Positions 60,645 through 64,000 of a DNA stretch of 64,000 nucleotides are shown here, piece after piece (the first letter of the stretch is position 1; every line of letters begins with the position of its first letter). Under the pieces are notes generated by a model. That model made no database searches. It was not told the origin of the DNA and saw only the letters and a program-made list of their open reading frames with translations. Source of the DNA: Candidatus Oxydemutator sp. GTDB taxonomy: Bacteria; Pseudomonadota; Gammaproteobacteria; Poriferisulfidales; Oxydemutatoraceae. Position numbers and translations under genes: made by a program. The stretch spans positions 928,001-992,000 of the forward strand of contig OZ241883.1 in NCBI GenBank assembly GCA_965203445.1, written 5' to 3'.

Positions 60645-62119
60645 ATGGGCGCAACGCAAGCCGCGCTCCGCTTAGGTTCACCCCACGAAAGGCATCCGCC
60701 CGCCGACGCCGGTCGCCAGGCGCGCGATGCCTTGCGCAGGCGCTTTGACGACCGCCTGGTCGTGCGCGGCGATCTGAACCGCCGCCTGGTTTCGTACCAG
60801 GCCAACAAAGACCGGCCCGGCCTGCGCTGGTTCAAGTACAAGGAAGGATTTTCGGCGCAGCTGGTGCACGACGCCTTGGACGCCGGCACCGGCCCGGTGC
60901 TCGACCCCTTCGCGGGAATTGGGACGACCGTTCTCATCGCGGGCGGCGCCCGGCGCCGCGCCACCGGCATCGAGATCATGCCGATCGGCGCGCGCGTTGC
61001 GCGGGCGATTTCCCACGTGGCCGAGTGTGCGGACTTGGGCGCGGTCGAGAAAACGGCCGCCCGCCTGCTGCGCGCCTTGTCCGGCGGGGAAGCGGACGCC
61101 GCTTTCCGCTTCCCCCACGTCCGCATCACCGCCCGGGCTTTCCCGCCGAAGACGGAGGACGCCATCGCCAAGGCCAGGGCTTTCCTGAGCCGAATCGAAG
61201 ACGAGGCATCCGGATGATCCTCGACGTCGCCTGCATGAGCATCCTGGAAGAGGTCAGCTACACGCGCAAGGACGGACAATACCTTCGGTGGGATTCCCGC
61301 TGTGGTCGCACGCTGCGCGGCGGCATGAACAAGGGCTTCATTCCCGGCTATGCCGAGGCGCTCAAACGGCGTATCGGCGAGATCATGCAGGATGCGCCCG
61401 CATTGGCCCGGTGCTACCGCGGCTGCGCCCCGCGCATCATCGAGGGTTCCGTCCTGCGGGAATTGCCGCGGCTTGCCGATCATTCCGTCGGTCTGACCAT
61501 AACGTCCCCGCCGTACGCAAACCGCTACGACTATACGCGCACCTATGCCCTCGAATTGGCGTGGCTCGGTTACGACCGCGCCGCCTTCGGCGAGTTGCGC
61601 CAAGCGCTCATCAGCGCGACCGTCGAGAATCACTCCAAGGAGCCACTGCTCGAACGCGAATACGCGCGTCCCGAGGTGCTCGCCCAGGCGCGCACCGCGC
61701 TCGCCCGGCAAGCGGCCTTGGCCGAGGTGCTGGACGCCCTGCGCGCCCGCCGCGCCAAACTCGGCAACCCGCACGTAATCCGCCTGGTCGCCAATTACTT
61801 TTCTGAGATGGCGATAGTCATCGCCGAATTGGCGCGCATCACGCGCCCCGGCGGCCGCGTGATCATGGTCAACGACAACGTCCAGTACCACGGCCAGGAA
61901 GTGCCCGTGGATTTGATCCTGTCGTCCGTCGCCGAGGCCTGCGGATTCGTCTGCGAGGAAATCGGCGTCCTGCCGCGCGGCAAAGGCAACGCCAGCCAGC
62001 AGATGGGCCGCTTCGGCCGCCGCGAACTGCGCAAATGCGTATATCGCTGGCGCCTCGCCGAGGGCTCGGGACGACTGATTCCGCGCGTACTTGGGACGCC
62101 TATCAAGAGATGCGCATAG
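60645..62119 (+). pseudogene. Amino-type DNA methyltransferase with a frameshift near 61210
   Basis: RWFKYKEGFS and LDPFAGIGTT in one frame (stop 61217); TSPPYANRYDY in another frame. Confidence 0.8.
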
Positions 62120-62145
62120 AGGCCGGCGGTCGGCGGTTTGTTGAA

Positions 62146-62222
62146 TGGTGGGTCGTACAGGGATCGAACCTGTGACCATCGGATTAAAAGTCCGGTGCTC
62201 TACCTAGCTGAGCTAACGACCC
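62146..62222 (-). tRNA. tRNA-Lys(TTT)
   Basis: Reverse complement GGGTCGTTAGCTCAGCTAGGTAGAGCACCGGACT-TTT-AATCCGATGGTCACAGGTTCGATCCCTGTACGACCCACCA. Confidence 0.96.
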
Positions 62223-62359
62223 GTCGCGCAAACGCGAATTGTACGCACTACGCCGACAAAATCAAAAACAATCCGGCTGATCAGGGCGGCGGTTTTGCGG
62301 GTTTGGTGTTGGCATAAATTATAATCTGCCGTTATCGGGCGCCGGTGCGCCGATCAGTG

Positions 62360-64000
62360 ATGCAGGATCAGATCAAACAATGGCTTACCCATAGCCTGGA
62401 GGCGTTGCGCGCGTCGGGCGTCGTCGTTGCGTCGGCGGAACCCGAAGTCGTGCGCGCCAAAAATCCGGCGCACGGCGATTACGCGAGCAACGTCGCGTTG
62501 GCGCTCGCGGCGGACGGCGGCATGGCGCCGCGCGAGTTGGCGCGGCGGATTGTCGAGGCGCTGCCGTCGGCGCCGATGCTTGCGAAAGCCGAGGTCGCGG
62601 GCCCCGGCTTCATCAACTTTTATCTGAAAGAGGGCGCGGTGGTCGCGGTCGTCGCCGACGTTCTGGCGCAAGGCGCGGCTTACGGGCGCGAACCCGCCGG
62701 CGGGCGCGGGCGCGCGCTGGTCGAGTTTGTGTCGGCCAATCCGACCGGCCCGCTGCACGTCGGCCACGGGCGCGGCGCGGCCTACGGCGCGACGCTTGCG
62801 AATCTGCTCGAGGCCGCCGGCTACGAGGTCGAGCGCGAATACTACGTCAACGACCAGGGGCGGCAGGCCGACGTTCTCGCGTTGTCGGTGTGGCTGCGCT
62901 ATCTCGAATTGTGCGACGGCGCGGGCGATGAAAGCGACGCGAACGGCGCGGACGAGTCCGGCGCCGAATACTACCCGGCCAACGCCTATCAGGGCGACTA
63001 CATCTGGGATCTCGCCGCGGCCGTGCATCGGGCCGCGGGCGAGCGCCTGCGGCGCGACCGCGCCGCGGCCTGCGGTGCCGCGCTTGCGAATCTGCCGGAC
63101 GACGCCGAGGCGCGCCTCGACGCGCTGATCGAAAACGCCAAGGCGCTGCTTGGCGACGATTACCAGACCGTGCTGCGCACCGCGATAGACGTGATGCTCG
63201 AGAGCATCGGCGACGAGTTGCGGCGCTTCGGCGTCACCTACGACCGCTGGTTCTCGGAGCGCGCGCTCGCCGACGCCGGCGGGATCGAGGGCGCCGTCGC
63301 CCGTCTCGACGAGGCCGGCCATCTCTACGACGACGCCGGCGCGCGCTGGTTTTGTTCGTCGTCGTTCGGCGACGACAAGGATCGCGTCGTCGTGCGCGCC
63401 AACGGCCAGACGACCTATTTCGCCGCCGACGTCGCCTACCACCTGAACAAGTTCGAGCGCGGCTACGATCTGATCGTCAACGTCTGGGGCGCCGACCACC
63501 ACGGCTACGTCGCGCGCATCGAGGCCGCGCTGAAGGCGTTGTCGCTCGACGCCGCCAGGCTGCGCACCGTGCTCGTGCAGTTCGTGAACCTGTATCGCGG
63601 CAAGCAGAAGACCGGTATGTCCACGCGCGGCGGCCGCTTCGTGCCGCTTGCGACGCTGCGCCGGGAGATCGGCGCCGACGCCGCGCGCCTGTTCTACGTG
63701 ATGCGCAAATACAACCGCCACGTGGACATAGACGTCGACCTCGCGCGTTCGCGCTCGAGCGACAATCCGGTGTATTACATCCAGTACGCGCACGCGCGCG
63801 TTTGCAGCCTGTTCGAGCAGGCGCGCGCGCGCGGCCTCGACGTCTCGCCGCAGTCGTTTTCGCCCGAGGCGCTGGCCCACGCCGACGAGAGCGAATTGCT
63901 GAAATTCCTGGCGCGCTATCCCGGCGTCGTGCGCGCGGCGGCCGCCGAGATGGAGCCGTACGCGCTGATGAATTACCTGAAACAACTGGCCGCGCACTTC
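62360..64000 (+). CDS. argS: Arginine--tRNA ligase (3' end outside window)
   Basis: HGDYASN, AGPGFINF, VEFVSANPTGPLHVGHGRG, WGADHHGY, MSTRGG, YIQYAHAR. Confidence 0.97.
   Translation, partial: MQDQIKQWLTHSLEALRASGVVVASAEPEVVRAKNPAHGDYASNVALALAADGGMAPRELARRIVEALPSAPMLAKAEVAGPGFINFYLKEGAVVAVVADVLAQGAAYGREPAGGRGRALVEFVSANPTGPLHVGHGRGAAYGATLANLLEAAGYEVEREYYVNDQGRQADVLALSVWLRYLELCDGAGDESDANGADESGAEYYPANAYQGDYIWDLAAAVHRAAGERLRRDRAAACGAALANLPDDAEARLDALIENAKALLGDDYQTVLRTAIDVMLESIGDELRRFGVTYDRWFSERALADAGGIEGAVARLDEAGHLYDDAGARWFCSSSFGDDKDRVVVRANGQTTYFAADVAYHLNKFERGYDLIVNVWGADHHGYVARIEAALKALSLDAARLRTVLVQFVNLYRGKQKTGMSTRGGRFVPLATLRREIGADAARLFYVMRKYNRHVDIDVDLARSRSSDNPVYYIQYAHARVCSLFEQARARGLDVSPQSFSPEALAHADESELLKFLARYPGVVRAAAAEMEPYALMNYLKQLAAHF

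Overview
Origin region of a GC-rich gammaproteobacterial chromosome. It runs yidC-rnpA-rpmH / dnaA-dnaN-recF (two parS sites)-gyrB, then housekeeping genes (xth, mutY, yggX, cysQ, comM, aa3 cytochrome oxidase cluster, rpoH, ilvA, rpiA, argS, tRNA-Phe, tRNA-Lys). Many small accessory insertions and pseudogenes interrupt these genes. The most striking signal is two transposase-free ~1.3-kb elements, each carrying only an intact TnpB RNA-guided nuclease. Both are bounded by 23-24-bp terminal inverted repeats starting GGGAATTATATA, and one has a perfect 8-bp target duplication. These are DDE/IS1595-like ends, not IS200/IS605 ends, and the presumptive guide lies inside the element. Other signals: cargo genes flanked by long (~80-170 bp) duplications of neighbouring gene ends; four dispersed AAA_14/DUF4143 ATPases, each with a palindrome at its start; an intact IS481-like element plus several orphan ends; a vanadium haloperoxidase relic; and a decaying restriction-modification island next to tRNA-Lys. 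All family assignments come from motif recognition by eye; no database searches were run.
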